DNA from: a virus
Taxonomy: Duplodnaviria; Caudoviricetes
Length of the DNA stretch: 62,127 nucleotides
IMG/VR virus record: IMGVR_UViG_3300026911_000014
Location: 1 to 62,127 of that record
Strand: one strand, 5' to 3'
Shown here: piece after piece, positions 39,781-48,900 of the stretch
Layout: each line of letters opens with the position of its first letter
Numbering within the stretch: position 1 is the stretch's first letter
Notes under the pieces: generated by a model
The model's database searches: none
What the model was told of the DNA's origin: nothing
What the model saw: only the letters and a program-made list of their open reading frames with translations
Translations under genes and position numbers: made by a program

Positions 39781-40014
39781 TCACCTAAGAGTAAGAACAA
39801 ACTCTTGGTTATCAAACTCCACCTTAGAAGAAATCCCCTTTTCCGCGTACTGAGCTAAGAGGAACCGAGCAAATTCCTTGTTTATCGGCGACTGAAGCCA
39901 TTCTTCCCCTATCTCTACTCTTATAGACCATTGTCTTGTAGGAGCCCAATAGCGAAGATGGGTAATACGGGCTATCTTCTCCGCCCTTTTCTTTTTAAAT
40001 AGTGATTTAAACAT
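39781..40014 (-). CDS. Hypothetical protein
   Basis: ORF divergent from the transposase. Confidence 0.5.
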   Translation of the reverse strand: MFKSLFKKKRAEKIARITHLRYWAPTRQWSIRVEIGEEWLQSPINKEFARFLLAQYAEKGISSKVEFDNQEFVLTLR

Positions 40015-40135
40015 AGACCTCTAACCTAAGAGATCTTGAAGAGTATGCTTTACGGAAAGCCGTAATTAGGTGTAGTTAATCCTTTTTAACAATTTAAAAT
40101 TAGGCAGAATCGTGGACAAGATATATCTTAGAGCC

Positions 40136-41101
40136 ATGGTAAAGAACATGAAAGAGTTGGCTAAGAAATTTCCCGACGAGGCGAGCTGCCGGGCATTTTT
40201 AGTTGAATACCGCTGGAATGGTGTTCCGACATGCCCTTACTGTAATTGTCCGAGATCCTATGCCATTGAGGGAGGAAAGCGGTTTAAATGCGCCAATAAG
40301 GAGTGCTTCAAAAAGTATAGTGTACTGATGGGAACGCCAATGGAAGGGAGCAATATTCCATTAACCACATGGTTCTTAGCTATATATATGATGACGGCCC
40401 ATAAAAAGGGGATAAGCTCTTGTCAATTAGCCAGAAATGTAGGAGTAACGCAGAAAACAGCTTGGTTTATGCTTATGCGCATCCGGGAAATGCTTCGGGA
40501 AAAGGCTCCCCTCCTCCTGGAAGGAGAAGTGCAAGCTGACGAATGCTATATAGGAGGATCAGAGAGCAATAAACACAAGGATAAGCAGGCAGCCAACAGG
40601 GAAGAGGCCGCAGCCAAGAAAATGCCCGTAGTAGGTCTCCTTCAAACTAAAGGCCCCTTGATATTAAAGGCTATGCCATGGGTTGCCAAAAAAGAGGTTG
40701 AAGACTTTGTTCTTGCCCACGTAAAGACAGCCTCAACTTTTGTAACAGACGGCCTCACATTATATAATAAAGTGGGCAAAAAGATGAACCACATCGTAGT
40801 GGACACTAGAATTTCGAACAAAACCAAGGGGAAGCACAAAAATGGCATAGAAAACGCTTGGAGGCACTTCCGTCTTTGTATTGACGGCACCTACCATAGC
40901 GTCAGCGATGAGCACATGCAACGATACTGTGAGGAATTCTGTTATAGGTTTAATAGCCGGCATCTGTCTGATGGATTCAGATTTTGCCTAACTTTCCATC
41001 AAATGGAAGGTCGATTGACCTACAAACAACTCACAGATCATGGCCAAGACGAAAAAAGAGAAAACGGCACCCCCTTCTACCCCATCGAAACGGGCGAGTA
41101 A
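40136..41101 (+). CDS. IS1595-family (ISXO2-like) DDE transposase
   Basis: Zn ribbon CPYC..CxxxxC, KKGISSCQL, VTQKTAWFM, QADECYIGG, VTDG, NGIENAW and EFCYRFN; likely start ATG 40136. Confidence 0.95.
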   Translation: MVKNMKELAKKFPDEASCRAFLVEYRWNGVPTCPYCNCPRSYAIEGGKRFKCANKECFKKYSVLMGTPMEGSNIPLTTWFLAIYMMTAHKKGISSCQLARNVGVTQKTAWFMLMRIREMLREKAPLLLEGEVQADECYIGGSESNKHKDKQAANREEAAAKKMPVVGLLQTKGPLILKAMPWVAKKEVEDFVLAHVKTASTFVTDGLTLYNKVGKKMNHIVVDTRISNKTKGKHKNGIENAWRHFRLCIDGTYHSVSDEHMQRYCEEFCYRFNSRHLSDGFRFCLTFHQMEGRLTYKQLTDHGQDEKRENGTPFYPIETGE

Positions 41102-41189
41102 GTATGAAAAGAAGGTCAAGATAAAGGGCTCTTTCGAAGATGTCATGAAAGCTATGATGACTCCTCCCCGCCCCCCTAAAGAAAAATAG
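41040..41189 (+). CDS. Small basic peptide overlapping the transposase end
   Basis: MAKTKKEK...KVKIKGSFEDVMKAMMTPPRPPKEK (49 aa), read manually. Confidence 0.5.
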   Translation: MAKTKKEKTAPPSTPSKRASKYEKKVKIKGSFEDVMKAMMTPPRPPKEK

Positions 41190-41192
41190 GAA

Positions 41193-41627
41193 TTGGGAGA
41201 AGTGCCAGAAAATATAACTCATATAGTACAGCCAGATAGATTTTGGTGGAACGTCATTGAGGCGAAAGCGCTTTTTGCCGAGCCAGACATAAATTATTCC
41301 TACCATCCCTATACATTAGTTTTTCAGGAGCCTAATCTTCCCAAGATGATAAAAGTGAGATCATTTATCTATCTGGATATTATTTTGGGCAATTCTCAAC
41401 TCTTAGATGCTGGGGTAGTAACTGATTATGATGTTCACGTAGATAGTATCGGTAATATAATAGACGAACTACTGAGAATAGGAGAGGACGCTCATCTTCG
41501 ATTCCTACAAATATTTAAAGAGCGCAATTCTCCACCATATATTTCTCCCACATTTCAGCCGATTTTGGACCTTGAGGTTTTGGATCAAAAAATCCGACAA
41601 CTTGTCGAGACTGGAGCTTCCTATTAA
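41193..41627 (+). CDS. Hypothetical passenger protein
   Basis: ORF downstream of the transposase, inside the right repeat. Confidence 0.6.
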   Translation: MGEVPENITHIVQPDRFWWNVIEAKALFAEPDINYSYHPYTLVFQEPNLPKMIKVRSFIYLDIILGNSQLLDAGVVTDYDVHVDSIGNIIDELLRIGEDAHLRFLQIFKERNSPPYISPTFQPILDLEVLDQKIRQLVETGASY

Positions 41628-41689
41628 CGCCTTCTACAAATGCTAGTGTAGTTTTCAAAATTTCTACTACTGATTGGTCTTTTTTCTCT

Positions 41690-41713
41690 TGTCCCATATT
41701 ATATATAAGTACT
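41690..41713 (-). repeat. Right terminal inverted repeat (AGTACTTATATATAATATGGGACA on minus)
   Basis: Partner of 36733-36756. Confidence 0.6.
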
Positions 41714-41737
41714 AAAGACTTCGGTTTAGAAAGATAA

Positions 41738-41771
41738 TTTGTCCAAATATAGGAAATTTAGTATAAATTTG
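41738..41771 (+). promoter_or_regulatory. Bacteroidota-type promoter for the tail-fibre module
   Basis: TTTG (41738-41741), 22 nt spacer, TAAATTTG (41764-41771). Confidence 0.55.
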
Positions 41772-41789
41772 GGAAATTCCTGTTAAAAG

Positions 41790-42290
41790 ATGGCATTCAG
41801 CGCTAGTTATACAATAACGCCAACGGGAAATCCAGCGGCTTTCACCATTACTGACACTAGTACGGGGTCAGACGGGGCCATCACCGACAGATCTATCCTT
41901 CTCTATACAAGTTCCAATTCTTTATATGTTCCTGCTATAGACTTTCCCCTTTCTGATGGAAGTTCTATAACAATAGCACCATTGACTTCAGATGTTGCTT
42001 TAAATGTAGTCGTTTTATGGAAAGATAGTAGTGGGAATACACTTTATACTGCTAGTCAGATTTTTGCCTTTGTCCAATACGGCCTTCAATTTTTACAGTC
42101 ATTAACACAGACCCAAATATCCAATCCCCTCGTTATTAACGAACAAAGTTGGATTAATAACAAATTCCTTATTTTCTTAGAGATTCAAAGCGCACTAAAT
42201 GCCATTAATATAGGACAATCATTGTATGCAGCTCAGTCTTGCATTCTTAGGTATACTCAAATGATTACAAACCAAAACTTGTATTTCTAA
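41790..42290 (+). CDS. Virion structural protein (tail hub / fibre adaptor candidate)
   Basis: FTITDTSTGSD N-terminus; no signal peptide; precedes the fibre genes. Confidence 0.55.
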   Translation: MAFSASYTITPTGNPAAFTITDTSTGSDGAITDRSILLYTSSNSLYVPAIDFPLSDGSSITIAPLTSDVALNVVVLWKDSSGNTLYTASQIFAFVQYGLQFLQSLTQTQISNPLVINEQSWINNKFLIFLEIQSALNAINIGQSLYAAQSCILRYTQMITNQNLYF

Positions 42291-43156
42291 TGGCATCTGA
42301 GTTTACCATAATACAAATACTTGAATTCGCTCAAATATCTCAATATATATCAGGGAATGATAAGTCCTCTTTGAAACAATTGCAAAGTGGGTCTTTTATA
42401 GGCAATCTTTCTCGATTACTTTATATGGAAGGGACATTGTTGCAAAACTTAAATAGCCTTAATCCGAGTAGTTCTACCTTACGAGGAACAGCCGAATATG
42501 TTCTTTCTCTTTGTGGGAAATACCTATTGCAAGCCCAGAATATTATTAACGGATTAGCGGGGTCCCCTCCAGTTATTTCTGGACCGTCTAATCAAAGTGT
42601 AAATGTAGGTCAAACAGCAACATTCAGCGTTTCGGTAACGGGAACAGCACCATTTACTTATAAATGGTTTTTGAATGGGAATCCAATTATCGGGGCAACA
42701 TCATCTACTTATTGGGTGCCTAATGCTCAATTATCCGATAGCGGAGGTTTGTATTCTGTTCAAGTAACAAATTCTGCGGGGCAAGCCACTAGCAATACTG
42801 CTACTCTTACGGTAACAGCCTCAATACAAGCATTTTGGTATTATGGTTCTGCTGATCCATATCCAGCATTAAGCATGGGAGTAGATAATTTAACCTACCA
42901 GATTAGCCAGTCTATTACACATAATACACCCATTGTAATAACCTATCCCACGGCCGCAGAAAATAATCAATATACCGTATTGAGATACCCTATTACGGAA
43001 AACGCCAAAACTGCTTGGGTAAATACTCAACTCAACCAAGGTCAAATTCCCGATTCCATTATGAGAGCTATTTTTACAATTGGGAATAATCAATATGTGG
43101 TATCGCGTGTAGCTATGAGTTTGGACAGTACCGCATCCACCCTAACATATTCTTAG
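42290..43156 (+). CDS. Virion protein with an Ig-like (I-set) domain
   Basis: PVISGPSNQSVNVGQTATFSVSVTGTAPFTYKW...DSGGLYSVQVTNSAG. Confidence 0.75.
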   Translation: MASEFTIIQILEFAQISQYISGNDKSSLKQLQSGSFIGNLSRLLYMEGTLLQNLNSLNPSSSTLRGTAEYVLSLCGKYLLQAQNIINGLAGSPPVISGPSNQSVNVGQTATFSVSVTGTAPFTYKWFLNGNPIIGATSSTYWVPNAQLSDSGGLYSVQVTNSAGQATSNTATLTVTASIQAFWYYGSADPYPALSMGVDNLTYQISQSITHNTPIVITYPTAAENNQYTVLRYPITENAKTAWVNTQLNQGQIPDSIMRAIFTIGNNQYVVSRVAMSLDSTASTLTYS

Positions 43157-43157
43157 C

Positions 43158-46100
43158 ATGAAGAAATTTATAAGTATATTTTTTTTATTGTGTTTTATTA
43201 AGGGCGTAGCTCAGTATAACCCAGCACTTTTCACTACTACTAATAAAAGTTTAGGCGTAGCGCAAGCTGTAAGTACAGATGCCCGGTCTTGGTTCTATGA
43301 TGCGGCTAATTTTGTGATGAGAGATTACCAATCCGCTAATGAAGTAAACACATATCTTAATCAACCAAAATATAGGAGCGGCCACTTCCCCGTGTACATT
43401 CATCTTGGAGGCACCTTAACTAGTGGAGTATGGTTAGGAGGAACAACCCAAGTTTGGTGGTATCAAAATGGAGTTGCAGACTCTAATTTGGTTAGATGGT
43501 ACACCGATTCTGTTTCAGGAGGACCATTCTTTGCGGTCGCTAACAATCTGTCAGAGGGGAATCCTTCATTAATTAAAACTACCCTTGGCCTAGATAATGT
43601 AGATAATACGTCAGATGCTCAAAAAAATGCAGCAACAGCTACTTTAACTAATAAAACAATTTCAGGGTTAAATAATACCTTTTCAAATATTCCAAATAAC
43701 GCGTTATCCAATAATTCTATTGGATTAACTATAGGGACCTCTGGGATAGATATTGGTGTTACAACAACGCCCGCACAATTGGGAACTAGTTTGGTTTTGC
43801 AAATTCCATCTGCTGGAACTGGATCAAGGGGGGCATTAACTTCGACAGATTGGAATAAATTCAATAACAAATTAGATAGTGTAGTTGTTTCTGGAGACTC
43901 TATTTATGATTGCACTAATGGCACATGCACTTTCAGGGGATTATTTAGTGGAACGGGGGGCATCGCAGTACTGAATGGTCTGAATGCCACTACTCAATCT
44001 TTTGCTACAGGGACTAGTGGCTCAGATTTTAATATTATTTCTGCCGGTAGCACACACACCTTCAACTTACCAGATGCATCCGCTACTACACGAGGATTAC
44101 TTAATTCTACCGATTGGAGTGTATTTAATGCAAAACAAACCCAACTCAATGGGACTGGATTAGTTCGGATGTCTGGGACTACTGTATCCTATGATAATTC
44201 AGTATATTTAACTAATATTACTGGGTTAATTACGGCAGGAACGGGGATATCTATTGGTGGAAGCGGGACTTCTGGATCTCCATATACTATTACTGCCACG
44301 GGAAGCGGAGGTCTATCATTGACCACAACTGGTACGTCTGGTGCTTCTACTCTAACGGGATCAGTGCTCAACATCCCTCAATATCAAGGACAACTTACCT
44401 TAACTACTACAGGATCTTCGGGAGCAGCTACTCTTATAGGAAATACCTTAAATATACCTCAGTATAGTGGAGGGGGAGGGGGAAACACAAACAGTAATAT
44501 AGGATCTGGGTTTAGATGGGCTGTGCCGAATACGAATAACATCAAAACTTTTTTTGTAGTAGGAGGTACATTAGATAGTACAACTAACTCAAATGCTCTC
44601 ACACTAACGATTCCCACCTATCAACCTAATCTGACTAATAGGGGGAGTGGATTTAGGCTCTTTGATCCAACAACTAATGGGATTAAATCTCTAACCTGTA
44701 CTGGTTGTACATTAGACTCTACAACTACAGGTCAAATTGGTATTACAGTTACAGCAGGAGGAAGTGGAACAGTAACCACCGTTAGTGCTGGTAATCTCTC
44801 CCCTCTTTTTACTACTTCTGTAGCTACAGCCACAACAACCCCTGCGCTTACTTTTACGTTAAGCAATGCGACGGCAAATAGTATTTTCGGTAATAACAGC
44901 GGATCTAGTGCTGCGCCATCATTCTTTGTACCCACTGCAACTACCCTTAATACTTGGTTTGGGGGGACTATTCAGGGGGCGTTAACTGTAACAACAACAG
45001 GCACTTCTGGGCCTGCTACTTTAACGGGAACCACATTGAATATCCCTCAGTATTCAGGTGGCGGAGGGAGTGCTGCTGGTCCTTTAAATAGTGTTCAAAT
45101 AGATAGTGCTGGATCGTTTGGGTCAGTCCCTGGATTTTTGGCTACAAGAGCAAATGGTTTTGTACAGGCGACCTTATTTGAAGGCAAACAAGCGGTTTAT
45201 GTAGGAGATACAGCAAGCTCCTTAATTGTTGGAACAGTATTTTCCGATAATTTTAATAGGGCATCTCTTGGGGGCAATTACAATTCTAATCTTACTGGAA
45301 CTGCACTTACCTTCCCATCGTCCTCCTACATGCATGTGGTTGGCGGATCTACAAGTTTCGATAGCTACATAGAAAGAGTTATACCTACTGGATTGAATTT
45401 ACATAGCGATTCGGTCGTGTTTATTCCTCAATCGCTAACCTCATCTGACTTTGGTTTTGGTTTTGGTATGTATTCAAAAAATACAACCTATTCCAGAGGG
45501 TACACTGTTCAGGCTCCAATGTCAACCGGGTTAGCTGGTACAGAGCTTTTTTATACTGACGATGGGACTATCCACACGCAGCAGTATCCGGGGGGGGCTA
45601 TGATTGGGATGTCAGTGGGAGATACTTTGGTGGCTACGGCAACACGTACCGATTCTACCGTTATATTTACTCTTAGGAATAGAGCCACTAATGATGTATT
45701 TACACATACATACCTTTATCCTGCCACGGTTACAACAGGCTCTACCCAATTGTCAAATACTGGGTACTATAGAATGTATTTCTTTGGGGGAACATTCGAT
45801 ATTCTCAATTGGACGGTCTTCTCTCCAGAACACCAACACGGGATAGTTTGGGTGGGGAATAGCATCGAGGCGGGATATGCTGCTACTAATTGGGATGAAA
45901 GGTATTTAAACTTATTATACCCACTGAACAGGGCAATATTTGATGCCCAAGGAGGGCCGGGAGATAAATCAGCCGATGGTCTCGTGGGCGTTCCTTCTTT
46001 ACTTTCACATAATCCAAAGACGGTTGTCATCGCCTTAGGGGTAAATGATAGAGGGACAGGCGTCCCAACAAGCACGTATTCGACCAATATCGACAGCCTG

Positions 46101-48095
46101 ATAAGAGTGTCAATAGCAGCCGGCGCTACGCCTTACCTCCTTGGAAATGCACCTCAAAATTCCGGAGATATTACACCGTATAATGACACATTGATAGCAT
46201 TAGCTGGGAGGTATCACATACAATACATAGACATATTTGATACGCTGGCTAATGGAACAAATTATGCGGATCAGTTTACCGTAGATGGCGTCCATCCAAA
46301 TAGCGCAGGACACGCTGCAATAGCTGCTCAAATAAGACTTCAAGCCCCATCTTTATTAGTGAACCCTCAATTAAGGATGGATAACGCCCAGTCATTATTA
46401 AACGATCCAAATGCTAGGATTGCTCTTTGGAGTCCCACAGCAGGATTTGGGGCAGGTATCCTCTTAAGAGATACTACACCATACGTGAAGCTAAGCCCAA
46501 CTAGCCAGCAAGTAGGGTTTATTAATGTACAGTCGATACAAAATGGGGTTACCCCAGATGGTAATTTACCAAACTGGTTTGTCAATAATAAGCAGAATTA
46601 TGTCAACTTCGGGTTGCAAAATATTTCCGATATAGGGTATTCTGGTTTTGCACTTTATCAAGCCAACAATAATTTAGGAGCAACCATAGCATGGAATAAT
46701 GGGGGTATCACCGGATTGGGCGTAAATGGGCCGAATAATTTTAATATAAGAACTCGAATGGCAGGATCAGGCATAGGCTTAACCGGTGGTGATGGTGGCA
46801 ATAGAGCCACCTCCGATTTTGAAGTAGATTCAGGCCTAATCGTTAACCGGTCAGCAGCCACTTTTCAAACGTTAGCCACTTTTGCGGCAGCGACTACTTC
46901 CACTCCGTCTATTTTATTAACTTCTTCCGGTGGGGTTAATCCAACCACTCCTTCTTCAGGTATGTTGTGGTGGAACGGGACTAACTTGTATTTTAATAAT
47001 GGCAGTGGCAATGTAGATCTTTTGGCTGGTGGAGGTGGTGGAATTTCATTGACTACTACGGGCACTTCAGGCGCTTCTACGTTGACAGGGACTACGCTTA
47101 ATATTCCTCAATATCAAGGGGCGTTAACATTAACAACTTCTGGGACATCTGGAGCAGCTACTCTCAGTGGAAATACCTTAAACATTCCGCAATATAGCGG
47201 CGGAGGGGGCTCTCAAAATTTAGAATCAGTATTGACTACGGGCGCTACCTTAACGAATCCGCATACTATCACCAACACTAGTCAGATATTGTCCTTTACA
47301 GGAGGGTTGTATAAGTTCAATGGATTCTCGGCAGATACGACTAACACCGCCTATATCATAGGAAAGAAAAAGGATAGCTCACTTTATGAAATTCCTTTAT
47401 CTCAATTCTCCTCCTTGTTAGGATCAGATACATTGTTCGCTAATGGTAGTCTTCAGTTAAGCGGGGATACGATCTCTTTAATAGGAGATAACGTAAGTCC
47501 CGGTAACAGTATGTATTATGGCACTAACGCCAGTGGAGTTAAAGGATTTTTCGCGTTAACAGGGGGCGGCACTAATATATATACTTCAGATGGAACTATT
47601 TCTTCTTCGAATAGAACGGTAACGATACCTTCAAATGGGAGCCTTACTTTTCTTGGAAGCGGGGCCGACAATATTAACATAAATGCTGCCCCTTCTGGGA
47701 CGATCACATTAGAAGGGAATGCTATTAATTTACAATCTGGGAACACTGGGGCGGTAGTGGTTACCGGAGGTGTAGCTTTAGGACAAACAGATATAACTAC
47801 AAGCGGAAGCGGGATAGTGGTAGCTATAAATTTTTCTAATTATGCCATTGATCCCGCAAGCGTTATACCAACATACACTATAACACTGCCATCCACGTTG
47901 CCAGATGGATTTATTGCAAATTTCTTTTTTGGAGGAACCATAACATCCGGCACGGTTATAACTACACTTTCGGTAGGAACGAGTGGTGCTACAATAGTTC
48001 AAAATTCGGCTCCAACAACAGCATCTGCTGGAGATTATATATCGTATAAATTTTTTACAAATGGTACAATTAAAAGGTGGTACAGGGTTCATTAG
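43158..48095 (+). CDS. Tail fibre-like protein with SGNH hydrolase domain and N-terminal signal peptide
   Basis: LGLDNVDNTSD fibre motif, Gly/Thr/Ser repeats, SGNH blocks (GNSI, GGPG, LGVND, DGVHP), MKKFISIFFLLCFIKGVA/Q. Confidence 0.8.
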   Translation: MKKFISIFFLLCFIKGVAQYNPALFTTTNKSLGVAQAVSTDARSWFYDAANFVMRDYQSANEVNTYLNQPKYRSGHFPVYIHLGGTLTSGVWLGGTTQVWWYQNGVADSNLVRWYTDSVSGGPFFAVANNLSEGNPSLIKTTLGLDNVDNTSDAQKNAATATLTNKTISGLNNTFSNIPNNALSNNSIGLTIGTSGIDIGVTTTPAQLGTSLVLQIPSAGTGSRGALTSTDWNKFNNKLDSVVVSGDSIYDCTNGTCTFRGLFSGTGGIAVLNGLNATTQSFATGTSGSDFNIISAGSTHTFNLPDASATTRGLLNSTDWSVFNAKQTQLNGTGLVRMSGTTVSYDNSVYLTNITGLITAGTGISIGGSGTSGSPYTITATGSGGLSLTTTGTSGASTLTGSVLNIPQYQGQLTLTTTGSSGAATLIGNTLNIPQYSGGGGGNTNSNIGSGFRWAVPNTNNIKTFFVVGGTLDSTTNSNALTLTIPTYQPNLTNRGSGFRLFDPTTNGIKSLTCTGCTLDSTTTGQIGITVTAGGSGTVTTVSAGNLSPLFTTSVATATTTPALTFTLSNATANSIFGNNSGSSAAPSFFVPTATTLNTWFGGTIQGALTVTTTGTSGPATLTGTTLNIPQYSGGGGSAAGPLNSVQIDSAGSFGSVPGFLATRANGFVQATLFEGKQAVYVGDTASSLIVGTVFSDNFNRASLGGNYNSNLTGTALTFPSSSYMHVVGGSTSFDSYIERVIPTGLNLHSDSVVFIPQSLTSSDFGFGFGMYSKNTTYSRGYTVQAPMSTGLAGTELFYTDDGTIHTQQYPGGAMIGMSVGDTLVATATRTDSTVIFTLRNRATNDVFTHTYLYPATVTTGSTQLSNTGYYRMYFFGGTFDILNWTVFSPEHQHGIVWVGNSIEAGYAATNWDERYLNLLYPLNRAIFDAQGGPGDKSADGLVGVPSLLSHNPKTVVIALGVNDRGTGVPTSTYSTNIDSLIRVSIAAGATPYLLGNAPQNSGDITPYNDTLIALAGRYHIQYIDIFDTLANGTNYADQFTVDGVHPNSAGHAAIAAQIRLQAPSLLVNPQLRMDNAQSLLNDPNARIALWSPTAGFGAGILLRDTTPYVKLSPTSQQVGFINVQSIQNGVTPDGNLPNWFVNNKQNYVNFGLQNISDIGYSGFALYQANNNLGATIAWNNGGITGLGVNGPNNFNIRTRMAGSGIGLTGGDGGNRATSDFEVDSGLIVNRSAATFQTLATFAAATTSTPSILLTSSGGVNPTTPSSGMLWWNGTNLYFNNGSGNVDLLAGGGGGISLTTTGTSGASTLTGTTLNIPQYQGALTLTTSGTSGAATLSGNTLNIPQYSGGGGSQNLESVLTTGATLTNPHTITNTSQILSFTGGLYKFNGFSADTTNTAYIIGKKKDSSLYEIPLSQFSSLLGSDTLFANGSLQLSGDTISLIGDNVSPGNSMYYGTNASGVKGFFALTGGGTNIYTSDGTISSSNRTVTIPSNGSLTFLGSGADNININAAPSGTITLEGNAINLQSGNTGAVVVTGGVALGQTDITTSGSGIVVAINFSNYAIDPASVIPTYTITLPSTLPDGFIANFFFGGTITSGTVITTLSVGTSGATIVQNSAPTTASAGDYISYKFFTNGTIKRWYRVH
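44313..47194 (+). repeat. Five copies of the ~24-aa module LTTTGTSG(A/P)xTLxGxxLNIPQY
   Basis: Two copies at ~44313-44465, one at ~44982-45053 and two at ~47043-47194. Confidence 0.85.
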
Positions 48096-48462
48096 TATGC
48101 TATTGATTATAGTATTGCCAATGGGTTTAAAAGGGCAATCGTTATTTGATATTTATTCTAGACCGTCTAAACTAATATCTAGTAATTATTCTATCTCCCT
48201 ATTCGATGTAACTTTGGTAGTTAACTCTAATTCAGGCAATGACACCCTGACTCTTCCTGCTGGGGCTCAGGCTTATTCATCTGCCAATCAAACCGGATTA
48301 ATATATCATATTAAGAATATAGGGGTAAATAATGTGTATTTAAGAGTGTTCCCTTCTTCTGGAGATTCTATTGAGAGTTCAATATCAATATATTTAATAT
48401 CTCCATCTATGACAAGTAGAGAGGTGCAGCCTGCCACAATTCATAGTTGGTTTGTTCATTAG
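48061..48462 (+). CDS. Small fibre-associated protein with signal peptide
   Basis: FISMLLIIVLPMGLKG/Q; TLTLPA..G.IYHIKNIG fibre-tip-like motif. Confidence 0.6.
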   Translation: MVQLKGGTGFISMLLIIVLPMGLKGQSLFDIYSRPSKLISSNYSISLFDVTLVVNSNSGNDTLTLPAGAQAYSSANQTGLIYHIKNIGVNNVYLRVFPSSGDSIESSISIYLISPSMTSREVQPATIHSWFVH

Positions 48463-48480
48463 CATAAAAAATCAATATTC

Positions 48481-48900
48481 ATGTTGCATAAATTTGGGTG
48501 GGTATTATTTTTAGGAGCCGTCGCATTTGGATTTATAGTTCATTCGTTTGATCAGCAAACTTTGTACTATAATAAAAGTGGTCAAATTAAAAAGCAAATA
48601 AGGGTATGGAATGATACTGTATCCGTATCTGCTGCTTCACCTACTATAGACATATCTAGTGCCGGGTTTTCAAATATCATAGACATTCAGCCACAGATAA
48701 TTCAAAACGCATCTACTTTAACCAACTTCGCGTGGTGTAATGTAAAGTCATATACCACTACATCGGTTACCTTAAATTTAGCTCAACAAAACAATAACAC
48801 AATAACCATATTGGGAATATCGGTATTGTCGGGATCTCCTATTGCCCCACCTACTGGGTTTTCTGGAACTTTTGTTTCATTAAGGGTAACTGGAAATTGA
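48481..48900 (+). CDS. Small beta-rich protein with N-terminal signal/TM segment
   Basis: MLHKFGWVLFLGAVAFGF followed by a beta-sandwich-like body. Confidence 0.6.
   Translation: MLHKFGWVLFLGAVAFGFIVHSFDQQTLYYNKSGQIKKQIRVWNDTVSVSAASPTIDISSAGFSNIIDIQPQIIQNASTLTNFAWCNVKSYTTTSVTLNLAQQNNNTITILGISVLSGSPIAPPTGFSGTFVSLRVTGN

Larger units (their letters stand above)
36733..41713. mobile_element. IS1595-family element with passenger genes (transporter IS)
   Basis: Imperfect 24-bp terminal inverted repeats (18/24 identical) bracket the transposase and the non-virion genes; no target duplication seen. Confidence 0.65.

Noticed and set aside
36725-41721. Target-site duplication of the IS element
   Set aside because: The 8-bp flanks differ (tttaattt vs aaagactt).
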